Below are positions 36,791 to 51,315 of a stretch of DNA of 64,000 nucleotides, piece after piece. The translations under genes and the position numbers were made by a program. Under the pieces are notes generated by a model. That model was not told where the DNA came from. It saw only the letters and a program-made list of their open reading frames with translations, and searched no databases. The first letter of the stretch is position 1. The number at the start of each line of letters is the position of its first letter. The DNA comes from Octopus sinensis. Its lineage: Eukaryota. The DNA is taken from the NCBI RefSeq assembly GCF_006345805.1, contig NC_043013.1:34286001-34350000 (forward strand), written 5' to 3'.

Positions 36791-38119
36791 ATGGATGTAC
36801 ATTGTAAGTATCAATCAAGCACACCTGTCTTGAAAGCATTCTATCCAGTCATGACAATTTCCAGTGGCATGAGGCAAGATTTGAACATAGAATGCACGAA
36901 AATGGAACTGACATATTGAAAAAAATAGACATTTTGCTCAATGCCTTAAAAATTTTGCCAATCCACCAATCTGAACTGTTAAATAGTGGAGCAGCAAAGG
37001 GTGAAACATGATGTTGACTTCAGTGAGATTTGAACTTGAAGTACAGAATGACAAAACAAATCAATCAAAACATTCAACCATATGCTCTAATAAATAGGCC
37101 AATTTGCTGCATAAATACGCATATTAATACATACATATGCACCTTATACTCACCAGGATATATACATACATGCATGCATGCATATATATAAATACATATA
37201 TACACACACACATTCATAGTTATAAGTACAAATTTACATATATATGTATATATACACACAGTTATAAACACACAGATATATATGTAACAACACACATTTC
37301 CTTCTATCATTTTCCCCTTCTCTATGCACACACACACACATACACATATACACATACACACATACACACAACACAGTATGCCTCGCTCACCCCACCCCTT
37401 CACCCACACACAAATCAAAATGTATTTTGGTTATTATTTATTCTTTCAAAAATGATTATCCAAAACCTTGAGAGGAAAAATGTTCAAAACCATTAACAAC
37501 AACTTATATTTATTTCCTCTGACACCAACATCACCACCACCACCACCACCACCACCATCTGCCCCCATCCCATGCCCCCCCCCCACATCACCATCTGCCC
37601 CCATCCAACGCCCCCCACCACCATCATCATCATCTGTAATTGCACCTATATCTATGTACACTTTAGCTTGCTTATATTTTTAAATTAATACATTAACCTC
37701 ATCCTCAACATCATCATCATCATCAGCATCATCATCATCATCATTGTCATAACTGCATAGTTTACGCTGCCATCGTTTTATTGTCGATATCTGAACTTTT
37801 AGGAAAGCTATTTAAGGTTCGATTTCCCTTGGCATCTTTTGCTTTACAATTAAAATAATAATCATAATAACAATAATGGTAATAATAATAATAATAATGA
37901 TGATGATGATAAACATGTGATAAAGAGAAAATAATAATAATAATGATCATTGATGATGATGATGATATCGATTATTATAATTATGAATTAAAGTTATCAA
38001 TATTATTATTTATGACTGTTATTTGCCACATGAGCAACAAAGATACAGTAATATAATTTCAATGAGATTATAAATTATATCTAATAAAGTATTACAATAC
38101 TAAAAGTACCACCTTATAC

Positions 38120-38176
38120 GATTAGATAGATAGATAGATTGATTAGATAGATAGATAGATTAGATAGACAGGTAAG

Positions 38177-38218
<42 letters not shown>

Positions 38219-38222
38219 TAGG

Positions 38223-38290
<68 letters not shown>

Positions 38291-38360
38291 TAGGTAGGTA
38301 GATAGATAGATAGATAGAGAGAGATAGAGAGATAGAGAGATAGAGAGATAGATAGGTAGG

Positions 38361-38416
<56 letters not shown>

Positions 38417-38419
38417 TGG

Positions 38420-38464
<45 letters not shown>

Positions 38465-38560
38465 ATAGAGAGATAGAGAGATAGATAGGTAGATAGATAG
38501 ATAGATAGATAGATAGGTAGGTAGGTATGTAGGTAGGTAGGTAGGTAGGTAGATAGATAT

Positions 38561-38645
<85 letters not shown>

Positions 38646-38900
38646 AAGATAAGTAGATAGATGGATAGATAGATAGATAGATAGGTAGATAGGTAGATAG
38701 GTAGGTAGATAGGAAGATAGATAGATAGATAGTTAGATAGTGATAGAGAGGTAGGTAGGTAGGTGGATAGATGGATGGATGAATCGATGGATGGGTGGAT
38801 GGATAGATAGACAGAGGGAGACAGACAGATAGAGATAGATGCAGAGAGAGGTAGACAGAAAGATGGATGGATGGTTAGACAGAAAAACAGCTAAAGAGAC
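38120..38900. repeat. About 780-bp compound (GATA)n/(GA)n/(GGTA)n/(GGAT)n microsatellite
   Basis: Directly visible. Confidence 0.95.
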
Positions 38901-39089
38901 AGAGATATAGAGTGAGAGATATAGCTAGCTAGATAGGCAAACAGATAGAGCACGATGAAACATTAAGAGAGAGAGAGAAAGGGAGAAAGAAGGAGAGAGA
39001 GATAGAGAGACAGACAGAGATGGAGGTTCAGTTATGGCTGTGTAGTTAAGAAGTTAACCACACTGCCATAACTGTTCATGACTTAACCA

Positions 39090-39527
39090 TATTCTTTTCT
39101 ACTCTAGGCACAAGGCCCAAAATTTTTGTGAAGGAGGCCAGTCAATTAGTTTGACCCCTGTAAGCAACTGGTACTTAATTTATCGACCACAAGTGGTGAA
39201 AGGCAAAGTCGATCTTGGTGGTATTTGAACTCAGAACATAAAAACAGAAGAAATACCGCTAAGTGCTTTGTCCAGTGTGCTAGCATTTCTGCCAGCTCGC
39301 TGCCTTTAGTAATAATTTTTTCTACTCTAGGCACAAGGCCCGAAGTTTTTTGGGGAGGGGGCCAGTCGATTAGATTGACCCCAGTATGCAATTGGTACTC
39401 TATTGGCACCAAAAGGATAAAAGCCAAAGTCAACCTTGACGGTACTTGAACTCAGAATGTAAAGACAGATGAAATACCACTAAGTATTTCACCTGGCTTG
39501 CTAATGTTTCTGCCAGCTCGCTGCCTT
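39090..39527 (-). mobile_element. Two complete SINE family B copies in tandem (tail type 2)
   Basis: TTTTCTACTCTAGGCACAAGGCCC...TGCCAGCTCGCTGCCTT twice, about 10 bp apart. Confidence 0.9.
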
Positions 39528-40009
39528 ACATCTTTACCATATAGTTTCATATTCAGTCCCATTTTGTTGTAGCTGATGCCAATGCTTTCAAATATAAATT
39601 CAAGCAGACCTATACTTTATAAATAAATTTTGTAGAAACAGTGCGAAGCATGTTGTATTTACTTCATATATATTTTGAAACACACACACAATCATCATCA
39701 TCATCAGCAGCAGCAGCAGTCACCTTTTATGTCTACTTTTCTATGTTTGTTTGGCTAAGACAAAATTCAATGAGGAAAATTTTGTACAGCTAAATGCTCT
39801 TCCTGTCACCAACTACAACTTGTTTCCAAGCAAAACAATATTCTCCTAAGTCCTTCGAACAGGAACAGATTGATAGCCAGAAATTTTTTCACTGAAGATT
39901 GCACACAAGCAACACCATATTTAATGTATGCATACCTGCATATATATATGTATACATATATATGTATTTATACGTACATATATATACATTTTAATTTATT
40001 CAGTTATTT

Positions 40010-40895
40010 GACCATGGTCATGCAAGTGCAACATTTCCAAGAATATTTGAATCAGTTTTATTGGCTCCTTGTAACAATAGGGTCAGTCCTTTTATATGGA
40101 GCAACAACCTGGATGCTTACCAAGAAACTGGAGTCCAAGCTAGATGCAACTTACACCTGAATGCTAAGAGCAGTCTTAAACATATTTTGGAGAAGACATC
40201 CCACCAAGAAACAGCTGTATGGAGGTCTTCTGCAGGTTTCCAGGGGTGGCTGTGTGGTAAGTAGCTTGCTTACCAGCCACATAGTTTCAGGTTCAGTCCC
40301 AGTGCATGGCACCTTGGGAAAGTGTCTTCTACTATAGTCTCAAACCGACCAAAGCCTTGTGAGTGGATTTGGTAGACGGAACCTGAAAGAAGCCCATCAT
40401 ATATATGTATATTTATGTGTGTGTCTGTATTTGTCCCCCCAACATTGCTTAATAACCGATGGTGGTGTGTTTACATCCCTGTAACTTAGCGGTTCGACAA
40501 AAGAGACCGATAGAATACGTACTAGGCTTACAAAGAATAAGCCCTGGGGTCAATTTGCTCAACTAAAAGGCAGTGCTCCAGCATGGCCACAGTCACATGA
40601 CTGAAACAAGTAAAAGAGAAATTAAAGAGTATTATGAGTGAAAGGTGCTTGCATTTTGTGAGACATTGCTGGCAAGCAAAAGAAGAGCTGCCGAGTGGCT
40701 TACTGCTATAGATGCCACAGCATGGCCATACTTGAGCTGGTCATTCAAATACAATGTATATATCAATCAACTCACCAGACACACTGGATGTCTCCCCGAT
40801 GACCTCTCCCAACAAATGCTGGACCGAGATGGATGGCATGTGTGGGTTAGAAATATCTGAGCAAGCTCAAACAAAAGATAAGGATATTGGCTGCA
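40010..40895 (+). pseudogene. RTE-type LINE 3' end split by a family A SINE
   Basis: SVLLYGATTWMLTKKLESKLDATYT*MLRAVLNIFWRRHPTKKQLYGGLLQVS|SIMSERCLHFVRHCWQAKEEL...YINQLTRHTGCLPDDLSQQMLDRDGW; frame restored when 40242-40627 is removed. Confidence 0.88.
40242..40627 (+). mobile_element. SINE family A inserted in the RTE remnant
   Basis: Full head, core and tail. Confidence 0.92.
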
Positions 40896-41072
40896 GTGTA
40901 TTATGTGTGCTACAAATCTTATTCAGATATGGAGAAAAGAAAGCAAGAAAGAAAGAAAGGCAAAATTGCCCTGGGCAGGGTTTGAACTCAGTATTAAAGA
41001 AGTAACCCAACACAATAACGTATTTGTCCCCTCCTCTACTGATTTTGCTAATCCAGCAAGTGAAAATGAAAT

Positions 41073-41106
<34 letters not shown>

Positions 41107-41205
41107 ATTGTTCCACATCCTCGCATTGTTATCTTTTCTGTTTTCTTGTTTGGATTAACTTTATATATATATATATATATACACACATATATATATACAT
41201 TTATA

Positions 41206-41276
<71 letters not shown>

Positions 41277-41315
41277 GTATATAAATACATATTAACGATA
41301 TTTATGTATAAATGA

Positions 41316-41361
<46 letters not shown>

Positions 41362-41798
41362 TGACAATAAAAATATAAAAACTTCAATGCCCAAAGTGTA
41401 TTTTTATGGCAGAAGTAACCAAAAAAAAAAACGAAATGGATGAAACAAAAGAAAAATTATAAAAAAAAAAACACCAAGAACAGGTAATCCAGGTTTATGG
41501 ATATTACAAGGATGACATTTCTGTTGAATATTGTCAAACCAAGCTTTTGGCATTTGCGAATGAGTGTGTATTGGTATATGCGTGAGTATGCATGAGCGAA
41601 CGTCGTTTTTTTTTTTTTTTGTATGTATGTATGACAGCATGCATATGTGTGAGAGCGTGTTGTGTTTTAAGAGTGAAGGACATTTCTTAGACAAAATCAT
41701 TAGCATGCAAGCAGAAATTTCTTTTATTTTTTTCTATCAAGACAGTGAAACCAAGAAAATTCTTTTCCCCCCAACCTCATGAAATAATAATAATAATG

Positions 41799-41849
<51 letters not shown>

Positions 41850-41860
41850 TAATAATAATA

Positions 41861-41915
<55 letters not shown>

Positions 41916-42215
41916 TAATAATAAATTGTGGAAAATTAAACAAAGAACAGCTCTTATACAGTTGCTGGTTTCACAGGAATAACATGATATGAAATGAAAT
42001 TAATATTGGGAATAAATTCAAGTATAATTTTCTTTTTTCACTGGTAGGGATACCTAGTAAAGCATGTATATAAATGTATGTATGTATGTATGTATACACA
42101 TACACTATTCTGCCTGGTTTATTTTTATTTCTACTATTTTTTGCTTTCTCGTTAATGCTCTTTCTCCCTCTGAGTGTATATGAGCAGTCAGATATACATA
42201 TATACAAATACATAC

Positions 42216-42248
<33 letters not shown>

Positions 42249-43013
42249 ATATATATATATATACATACATATATATGTGTGTGTGTATATATATACACAC
42301 ATATATATATAGATAGATAGATATATGCACACACATACACACAGACACACTCATGCATGTATCTAGGGATGTTAGATATGTATACATACACACATATATA
42401 CATACACACACACACACACATATATATACATATATATATACATATGTGCCTTTAGATATATAAATTGATACAAACATGCACACATACATCTACATCGATA
42501 CAAACACACATACACACACATATGTAACATCTCTCTCTCACCCATTGAACATTGTGAACAATGAAAACAAAAGAAAAATAGGAAATTATAATCAAAATCA
42601 TAAACAACATAACATAAAAAAATTAAATATGATAAAATAAATAAATCAGGAATAATCAACAAAAATAAAAAAAAATTAAGCATTAATACAATAAATGCCT
42701 CTATTTCTTGAACAATAAGTATATAAGGGTGGAAAATATAAGAAGCGAACATATCCATATACAGATAAACTTCTGTATGTAAATGTGTGTGTGTGTGTGT
42801 GTTTGTGTGAGTGTAGGTATGAGTTACAAAATAAATGTGTATGTAAAAAAAGTCATCATCTATAGACTTCCATGTTTGTGCATATTTTTTAGAGTTAGAT
42901 TTATTTATGTGTAGACCAACATATTCATATGTATTTATATTTATATGTGACTATGCATGCAAATAATTACCCATATAGAAAAAATAACCACACCGATATG
43001 TGTGTGTATATAG

Positions 43014-43057
<44 letters not shown>

Positions 43058-43140
43058 TCATATACATGTGTGTGTGTATATTCATATACATGTGTGTGTT
43101 CTAATATGCATCTATTAATATACATATGAATGAATAAATG

Positions 43141-43171
<31 letters not shown>

Positions 43172-44317
43172 GTGTGTATGTATATATATATAATGTGAAA
43201 ATCTAAAAGGCCTCAACAAACATAACACATGTATACATTTATAGGTATATTTTGGTGCTTGGCGTGTAAATATATTTCTAAGTATGTGTGTGTTTGTGTT
43301 TTAGTGTAAACATATACACACATACACATGCAATTATATATATATGTATATATATATATGCAAACATATATATGTATGTGTGTACGTAGCAAAAATGAGC
43401 AAAGACCAAAGGGAGAGAGAGAGAGAGGGGAGAGAGAGACTGACAAAGATTGAAGGAGGCAAACAAATATGGAAATAGTTGGAGGTGAAGGCAATAATGG
43501 ATCTGAGACAAGAGATGTAAATAGCTAGAAAGAATTCAACAAGTTCAATGGAAAGAGAATGAACTCAATATAAGGATAATAAAGAGGAAAAGAGGAACTA
43601 AGAATGAAAGAGTGGATTAATGATAGGCCATTGTAAATGTGAGAGAGAGATAAAGTGTGACGATCATAGAGGGTGGGAGGATTAGCATTTAGAGGATAAG
43701 TTAGTGGCAGAGGCAATGGGGGAGCTGGAGAAAAAAATAATGTGTTAGGTGAAACAAAATATGGCAATGAAGTGTGAATTGTAAATGTTTCTATATTTTT
43801 ACTTTAATACCATTCTAGAGGAATTCCATGTCACACAATGAATTTGGTAACAACATATATTTTTTTGATATAAGTTATTATTATTATTTTTTTGTGTATT
43901 TGGTTTTTGTTGTGTGCAATTGCATTGGTGTGAGAAGAGTGTGTTTATTAATAACAATCGATGATTTCAGTTGATGAAAAAAAAATGTTTTTCACTAAGA
44001 AGAAGTAGAAGTGAGAGGATTAGGGTGGGGAAAGAAATGAGAGAAACAGGAACATAGAAAGAGAGAAATAATGGCAGTAATGAAGAATGATGATAGAAAC
44101 GTTATTTACTGGAAACAAGAACAATTCTTAATAATATTCACACATTTATATTTTCTTACATAGATTCATGTATTTATACATTCATAAGTACAGTGGCTAC
44201 ATGGTTAAGCAATTTACTTCACAACTATGTGGTTTTATGTTCAATCCTTTTGCTTGATAACATGAACGGGTGAATTTTGGTAATAACAGACTTGCACAGA
44301 AATCTGTCACATATATA

Positions 44318-44538
44318 TATGAGGGGGTGCCAAAAACTTCCTGGTTTTAAGGGTAAAACAAAAGGTCTGGATGGATGCCCAAGCTTTTGAGTTCTTTTAC
44401 AGGGCTTAGAAAAACTGTAGGACCACTGCAAATAGGGTGTGAATCTGAGAGGGCAATATGTTAAATAAAACCATAATTAATTAATCCTCCTGCATTTTTT
44501 TTTAACCTAAAGCCAAGAAATTTTCAGCACCCCTTCGT
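44318..44538. mobile_element. Mariner-type MITE, second copy
   Basis: TATGAGGGGGTGCCAAAAAC...TTTTCAGCACCCCTTCGT; internal CTTTTACAGGGCTTA shared with 18230-18430. Confidence 0.8.
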
Positions 44539-44711
44539 GTGTGTGTATGTATGTGACTCAAAATTTTTTTTTTTTTTTTTTGCATTGGCACGGCATGGGC
44601 AGCAGTGACCGTGTGGTTATATCTTGCAGGTTCTGTACTATAAGATGCTAACACTAGAAGCATACCTTCACTGAAAAATATAATATTTCGAAAACTACCA
44701 AAAAACACATA

Positions 44712-45295
44712 ACTCAGCTTTCCCAAAGCCTTTGACAACATTGATGTGTGACAAACTGTGTGACCTTGGCATCACTGGAAAACTAATGGTAAGACTCAAT
44801 GACTTTTTATTAAAAAGGTTGGAATCAGGCACTTGCAGGTAATGGTGCACTATATGAGATATAAATTTTAAGTGGAGTCCTCCATAGAACTGCGCTAGGA
44901 CCGCTTCTGTTCATGTTTGCTGTCTCAGACAATGCCCTTGATTATATGGTCAACCACTCTCACCAGCTATGAAGACAATACAAGATTATCACAAATCAAG
45001 GACCCTAGTCATATCTCAAAAGTAGAGAAAGACCTGAAAGTAATACTGAAGTGGCTGAAAAAACTACGTTATTCAATGCTAAAAATTCATAAGCACTCCA
45101 CTATTGGCCCTCAAGAAGATTATAGTCAGAATACACAAAACCAAGAATTGTTGCAATCTCAGAGTCTCTGTTGGTGTGTGACCTGAGAATCCATAAAAAA
45201 TAAAGCTTCATTTTCTGTGCATATTACTAAAATTGCAACAATGTGCAACTGGCTCATTGGATTCTGAGATTATTTAAAACAAAAACAGAGGAATT
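44712..45295 (+). pseudogene. CR1-type LINE reverse transcriptase fragment, heavily decayed
   Basis: KAFDNID..KLCDLGITGKL..SGVLHRTALGPLLF..TLTSYEDNTRL (YADD equivalent)..CDLRI..SFSVHITKIATMC..ILRLFKTK, with frameshifts. Confidence 0.85.
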
Positions 45296-45761
45296 TTATA
45301 TTATTTCATCATTTTAATCTTATTTTGTTCCAAATAAAAAAATTGATTAAATTTAAGTCTAGCCAGCTTCCACATAAAACAGGAAATGTGTTCCTTGTTG
45401 ATTTCTGTTCTAGAATAAATGTTTGAACTTAGCTTGGAATGATCGGAGGTGTCTGACAGTGAGGAGGCAAAAGTAGGTTGAAACACTGGTGACTGACTGT
45501 TCGTTGACATCGCTTTGAGTAAGCTGTTTGTAAGGGAGGTTTCTTCATGATAAAATATTACAGTTAACACTGTTCTATGTTCATATGTATCATTATTTTA
45601 CATTTATTGTACATAAATATCTGTGTATAAACACATTTACATATTCCTGCATATACATATATAACCTATATAATCAAGTACACACATACAGTGTTGTACA
45701 CACACACACACATAAATATATATGTGTGTATGCATATGTGTACATGTATTCGTGAATATAT

Positions 45762-45808
<47 letters not shown>

Positions 45809-45977
45809 GTGTATATATGTATATATATGTATATGTGTGTGTGTGTATTATATATATATATATACATACACATGTACATATATACATGTACACACACACA
45901 CACACACACATTTATATATATATATATATATACATATATATATACATATATACATATATATATACATATATATATAC

Positions 45978-46054
<77 letters not shown>

Positions 46055-46820
46055 GTATATATATCGCCAGAAATTAAAAACTATGTGTGAAAATAAAACA
46101 AATATAACTGAAAAAGTCTTAGCAATGAAACATATAAAATACGAATTTAAAAAATTCAAAATAAATTTGCTGTAAAATTTTCTTTTATTAAAAACTACAA
46201 TAGTTCATCACATCCTTAGAATAATACCTCCATATGGTACATTTCTAAAAGGTCCAGATTAAAAGTTTATGAACCTAAAATATTCGCAGCTTCATTCCAT
46301 TTCCCCCTCCCTCCACTTGCCAACATTTTCCGCATAAATGCTCATTTGAAATACCATTTAGTATTTGCAAAGAGCCACTTGCATTTTCTACTGATACATT
46401 AGTTCTACCTGCATTAATCCAACACAGCACTATATTTTCCGCACAAATGCATCTTTGAGATGCGACGTGTACATCTTAAAATGATAGGAGATATTCCCTT
46501 GAAAAATATATATATATATATATAAGGAAACAGCGCATGTTTATGTATGTGTGTGTGTGTGTATGCCCAAAAATGTATGTAAGACGGATATAAATATACA
46601 TATGTGCATACATAGATACATACAAGTGCTCACACACATGCATGGGCACACACATTCACACACACACACACACACACATATATAAGATTTCACAAAACAT
46701 GACAAGTTCATGTATAAGTTCTTATAAACCTGAATGATTATAAATATAAATATATATATATACATACACACACATATATATATATATATACATACACATA
46801 TATGCCTTTATATATAGATT

Positions 46821-46854
<34 letters not shown>

Positions 46855-47109
46855 CTGATATGCATGTGTTTATATGCACACATATATATAAGCACATGAA
46901 CGCTAATATGAATATATAGGCATATATATTCATATATATATATATATATACATATTCATATATATACATATATATATATCATTATCATCATTTTTATATC
47001 TGTTTTCCATGATGGTATAGGTTGTACCTTAAGACAGGATCCAATCTTTCCAAGGTCCATGTCTTGCTCCACATCTTCCATTTTGACCATGGTCAAAATG
47101 GAAGCCGGC

Positions 47110-47670
47110 CTGACTAGTCTTGCCGGGTCTTCGGATGGTGTTTTTATGTGCCACCGACACAGGTGCTAGATGAGGCTGGCGAACGGCCACGATCGGATGG
47201 TGTTTGTCATGTGCCCACCGCACTGACTACAGCACTGATGGATTTCTTGTGTGCCACAGGCACTGGTACCACAAGATACAAATTCCATTGATGTTCATCT
47301 ATTTTGTCTATTTTGATTTGATTTGATTTGATTTTCACTTGCCTCAACCGGTCTTCACAAGTTTCACAAGAAGGAAGGTATGCACAGGTGGACTGACTAG
47401 TCTTGCCGGGTCTTCAGAAGGTGTTTTTATGTGCCACCGACACAGGTGCCAGATGAGGCTGGCGAACGGCCATGATCGGATGGTGTTTGTTACGTGCCCA
47501 CAGCACGGAGGCCGGTCGATGCGGAACTGGCTACGGCCACGTTCGGATGGTTCTCTTGTGTGCCACCGGCACTGGTACCACAAAGTGTGTGCCACCGGCA
47601 CTGGTACCACAAAGATACAGATTCCATTGATGTTCATCTATTTTGATTTGTTTTGATTTTGATTTTGATT
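47110..47670 (-). repeat. Two tandem units of a family F-related module ending in (TTTGA)n
   Basis: ACTAGTCTTGCCGGGTCTTC..ATGTGCCACCGACACAGGTGC..TTCCATTGATGTTCATCTATTTTG twice; 27-bp internal duplication near 47558-47612. Confidence 0.85.
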
Positions 47671-48627
47671 TATATACACATATATATACACATATATACA
47701 CACATATATATATACATACATATATATATCACATATATATATACATATATATATACATATGTATACACACATATATATACACATATATATGTATACATAT
47801 ATATATACATATGTATACACACATATATAAACACACACATATATATATACACATATATATATACATATATACATATACATATATATATATATACATATAT
47901 ACACACACACATATATATACACACACACATATATATGTATATATACGCATATATATAATACACATCTTGCAAACACATATTCATATCTACATAAATTATA
48001 CAAAAAATCAGTCATAAAATTAGATTCAAATCTACCTATCATACAAAAGTTCTTCCATATACGTATATATATGCACTAGTGTGTTAGTGTGTGTGTGTGT
48101 ACGCACATGTGTGCATGTGTGCGTGTGTGTGCACGTGCATGCATGTGTGTGTGTTCGTATGTAAATATACATACATTCACATACAGATAAAGAAAACAAA
48201 GAATTGACTTATCTGAAATATGCAGGGTCGAAATTTTTTTTGTTTTTGTTATTTTCCCCTAATTTTCAATTTTTTTTTTTTCTTGGCAATGATTTTTATC
48301 CAAGTCCATTTACTTGTTTATGCATTTTGCTTGCAGGCATGTAGTTAATTTCTTATACCCACGCTTATTCACACACATGTATATAATATATTATACACAT
48401 ACATATATAATCCCTCACATGTATAGAAATAAGAAATAAGTTCAAACAACTATAGTCTTCATAAATATTAATAATGAAGCAAACTTCCAGAATTAGTTAT
48501 AGAAATTAATGGGAATTCTTTCTGAAAACATATCGTATAAATTCTTGGATGTATAACTTTTTGCAAACATACATACATGCAGACATAGAACAATGACACA
48601 TACATACATACAAATATATAAGTGTGC

Positions 48628-48722
<95 letters not shown>

Positions 48723-48741
48723 CACACACACACGCACACAC

Positions 48742-48990
48742 AGTGGAGGTGCAGGGCTTAGTGGTTAGGGTGTTGAACTCATGATCGTAAGGTAGTGGTT
48801 TCGATTCCTGGACCAGTCAATGCATTCTGTTCTTGAGCAAAACACTTCATTTTCACCTTGCTCCAGTCCACTCAACTGGCAAAAATGAGTAACACTGCAA
48901 TGGACTGGCCTCCCATCCAGGTGGGGAATTGCTATGCCACTGAAACTGGGAAACTGGCCCTTATGAGCCTGGCATGGCTCGAGAAGGAAC
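48742..48990 (+). mobile_element. CORE-type SINE family E (3' tail shared with family D)
   Basis: TTCTTGAGCAAAACACTTCATTTTCACCTTGCTCCAGTCCACTCA core; tail CCCTTATGAGCCTGGCATGGCTCGAGAAGGAAC. Confidence 0.85.
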
Positions 48991-49325
48991 ATTCATATAT
49001 ACTCACATATATACACATATAGATAGATATACACATATATACACACACATATATACATATACATTGAGAGAAGAAGTGAGAGAAGGAAGAGAAAAAGTGA
49101 GTGGAGAAGAAAAAGGGAAATAGGCTGTGGCAGCAGTTGATCTTCCTATTGAACCAAGAAACCTGTTTCCATTGGTCTTACAATGGCTGATATTACCTCT
49201 CAATCACAATTCCTAAGAGAAAAGTATTCCCTTACCAGTGACAAGACTGGATTTGAACCCAGAACAGCCAGTCTAACTCTAACAATTCTACCTACCCAGC
49301 ATTATACACTGGTCCATAGTTATTA

Positions 49326-49628
49326 ATGGAGGTTCATGGCCTAGTGGTTACAGCAGCAGACTTGCAGTCGAGGGATCGTGGGTTTGAATCTCACACCAGG
49401 CAATGTGTGTATTTATGAGAGAAACACCTAAGCTCCACGCGGCTCCGGCAAAAGGTAACGGCAAACTTCTGCTGACTCTTTCGCCACAAATTTCTTTCAC
49501 TCTTTCCTCCTGCATTTTGCAGCTCACCTGCGACAGACCGGCGTCCCATCCAGGTGTGGAACCTATACGCCAAGGAAACCTGGAAACCGGCCCTATGAGT
49601 CAGGCATGGCTCGAGAAGGTACAAACAA
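49326..49628 (+). mobile_element. tRNA-derived SINE family D
   Basis: Homologous to 56593-56897. Confidence 0.9.
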
Positions 49629-50599
49629 ATATATTTATTGACAATACTTAAACTTGGAGTACACAGTCAGAATAAATACTGCAAACCAATGTCTTCTATG
49701 CAATGTTAAAGTTTAACACAAGAAGCAGAAGATAAACTGTCCATCTTTGTATCGTCTATTTGTCCATTTATTTTTATTGTCGTCCGTTACGTTCTTACTC
49801 CATTTTATATTTATATATACATATATAGGGGCATACATACACCTTTTGCTTACCTTCTAAGTATTTATCTAAATTCTGTACGACTTTTTCCTCCTTCTTT
49901 TAGTCCCCCTTATACTTTTATACTTGCTTCTTTCTTTCCTCTTTTCTTTTTCTCACTTCCTGTCTCTCACATTTCTTGGCATTCTCTTTCTTTAATCTCC
50001 CCCACTTCATTATCTCCCTAGTACCTTTCCCTCTGTCCCTTCTTCTCTCTCTCTATCTAGTTCCTTTCCTAATTCTTCAATCCCTCTGTCCCCCCCTCTC
50101 TCCACTCCTTCCACATGACTAGTGTTCAGCCAAGCATGATCTTTCTTTCTTGACCTGACTGCCACCCATACAAAACCTTATTTTCCTGTCTCCTGACTTT
50201 CATCTATGTTTGTGCCTCAAGGCTTTCACTCCACACACCAGCTCAACTTAAATCATCCTTATTAATTGAAAGACACCTGTTGTTATTCTCTTGTTGCTTG
50301 TATTTGTAATCATGTAACATTTTCTCCATTTTCTTTGTCTGTGTTTTCATACACATTCACTTGCTTTCTTCCAAAAATTTAATGCTCTTAGCTTAGATTT
50401 TTGGGGCCAACTAATTTTTAATAGACTCCAGTGTAACAGGCCAAAACTGTAATGATAACTGGAAACTTGGCTGATGAACAGAAGGCCACAAATGATCCGT
50501 CCTGGTTCTTCCTGTCTGTCTTTGCACCATCTATCTGTCTGTGTGTTATTATTGATGTCCGTTGTATTCTTATTCTGTCTATCTATATAACAACCCCAC

Positions 50600-50700
50600 T
50601 CCCACACCACAATGACTAGATAGTCTTCGTCGCATCGACGGAAAAACTACACATACATACATACATACATACATACATACATACATACATACATACATAA
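50600..50700 (+). mobile_element. Probable LINE/SINE 3' terminus: stem-loop plus (CATA)n tail
   Basis: TTCGTCG(CAT)CGACGGA hairpin at 50626-50642, then about 12 CATA units. Confidence 0.4.
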
Positions 50701-51315
50701 ATACACACATACATACACACATATATTTATTATTTATTAATAAGGCATATTACTCTACCTCTGGTATTTGAGTACTATTTTCCCCACCAGGGTTCATAGT
50801 CTGAGGAGATCACCAGTTGCTCAGGTTAATTTCATTGGAAGAATATGGCAAAGACCTTTTGGTATATTCTTCCAATTTTGCATAACAATTCCATAGTAAC
50901 GTATGTTATTCCATAAGCCCAAGACATCATAGGCTTTGTTATGTGGATAGAGCATAAGTCATAGTCCACCTGAAACAGCTGTCAAGACTATTGTATAAAT
51001 TCTTTGATTTACTTTGTACTCTTTATTATGTACTTTATATTCCATGTAAATATACATATTCAGCCTAATTGTATTCATTTATCCTTCTACTTCTGTACCA
51101 CTTGACAAGGATTGCCCTTATAGCCAACTGTTTACTCTAGAGGTGCCTTTCTGGACAAAGAAGTTCACCCTTATCTGAGCACCACTTTGTCAAGTCCTAT
51201 GCCACATTTGTTTTGTGTTCTCCCATACTCATATCATGTCATATATATATATATATATATGAATGAAAGTTGTGTGTCTATATATATATATATATATTGG
51301 GTTTTCCAATGGCCG

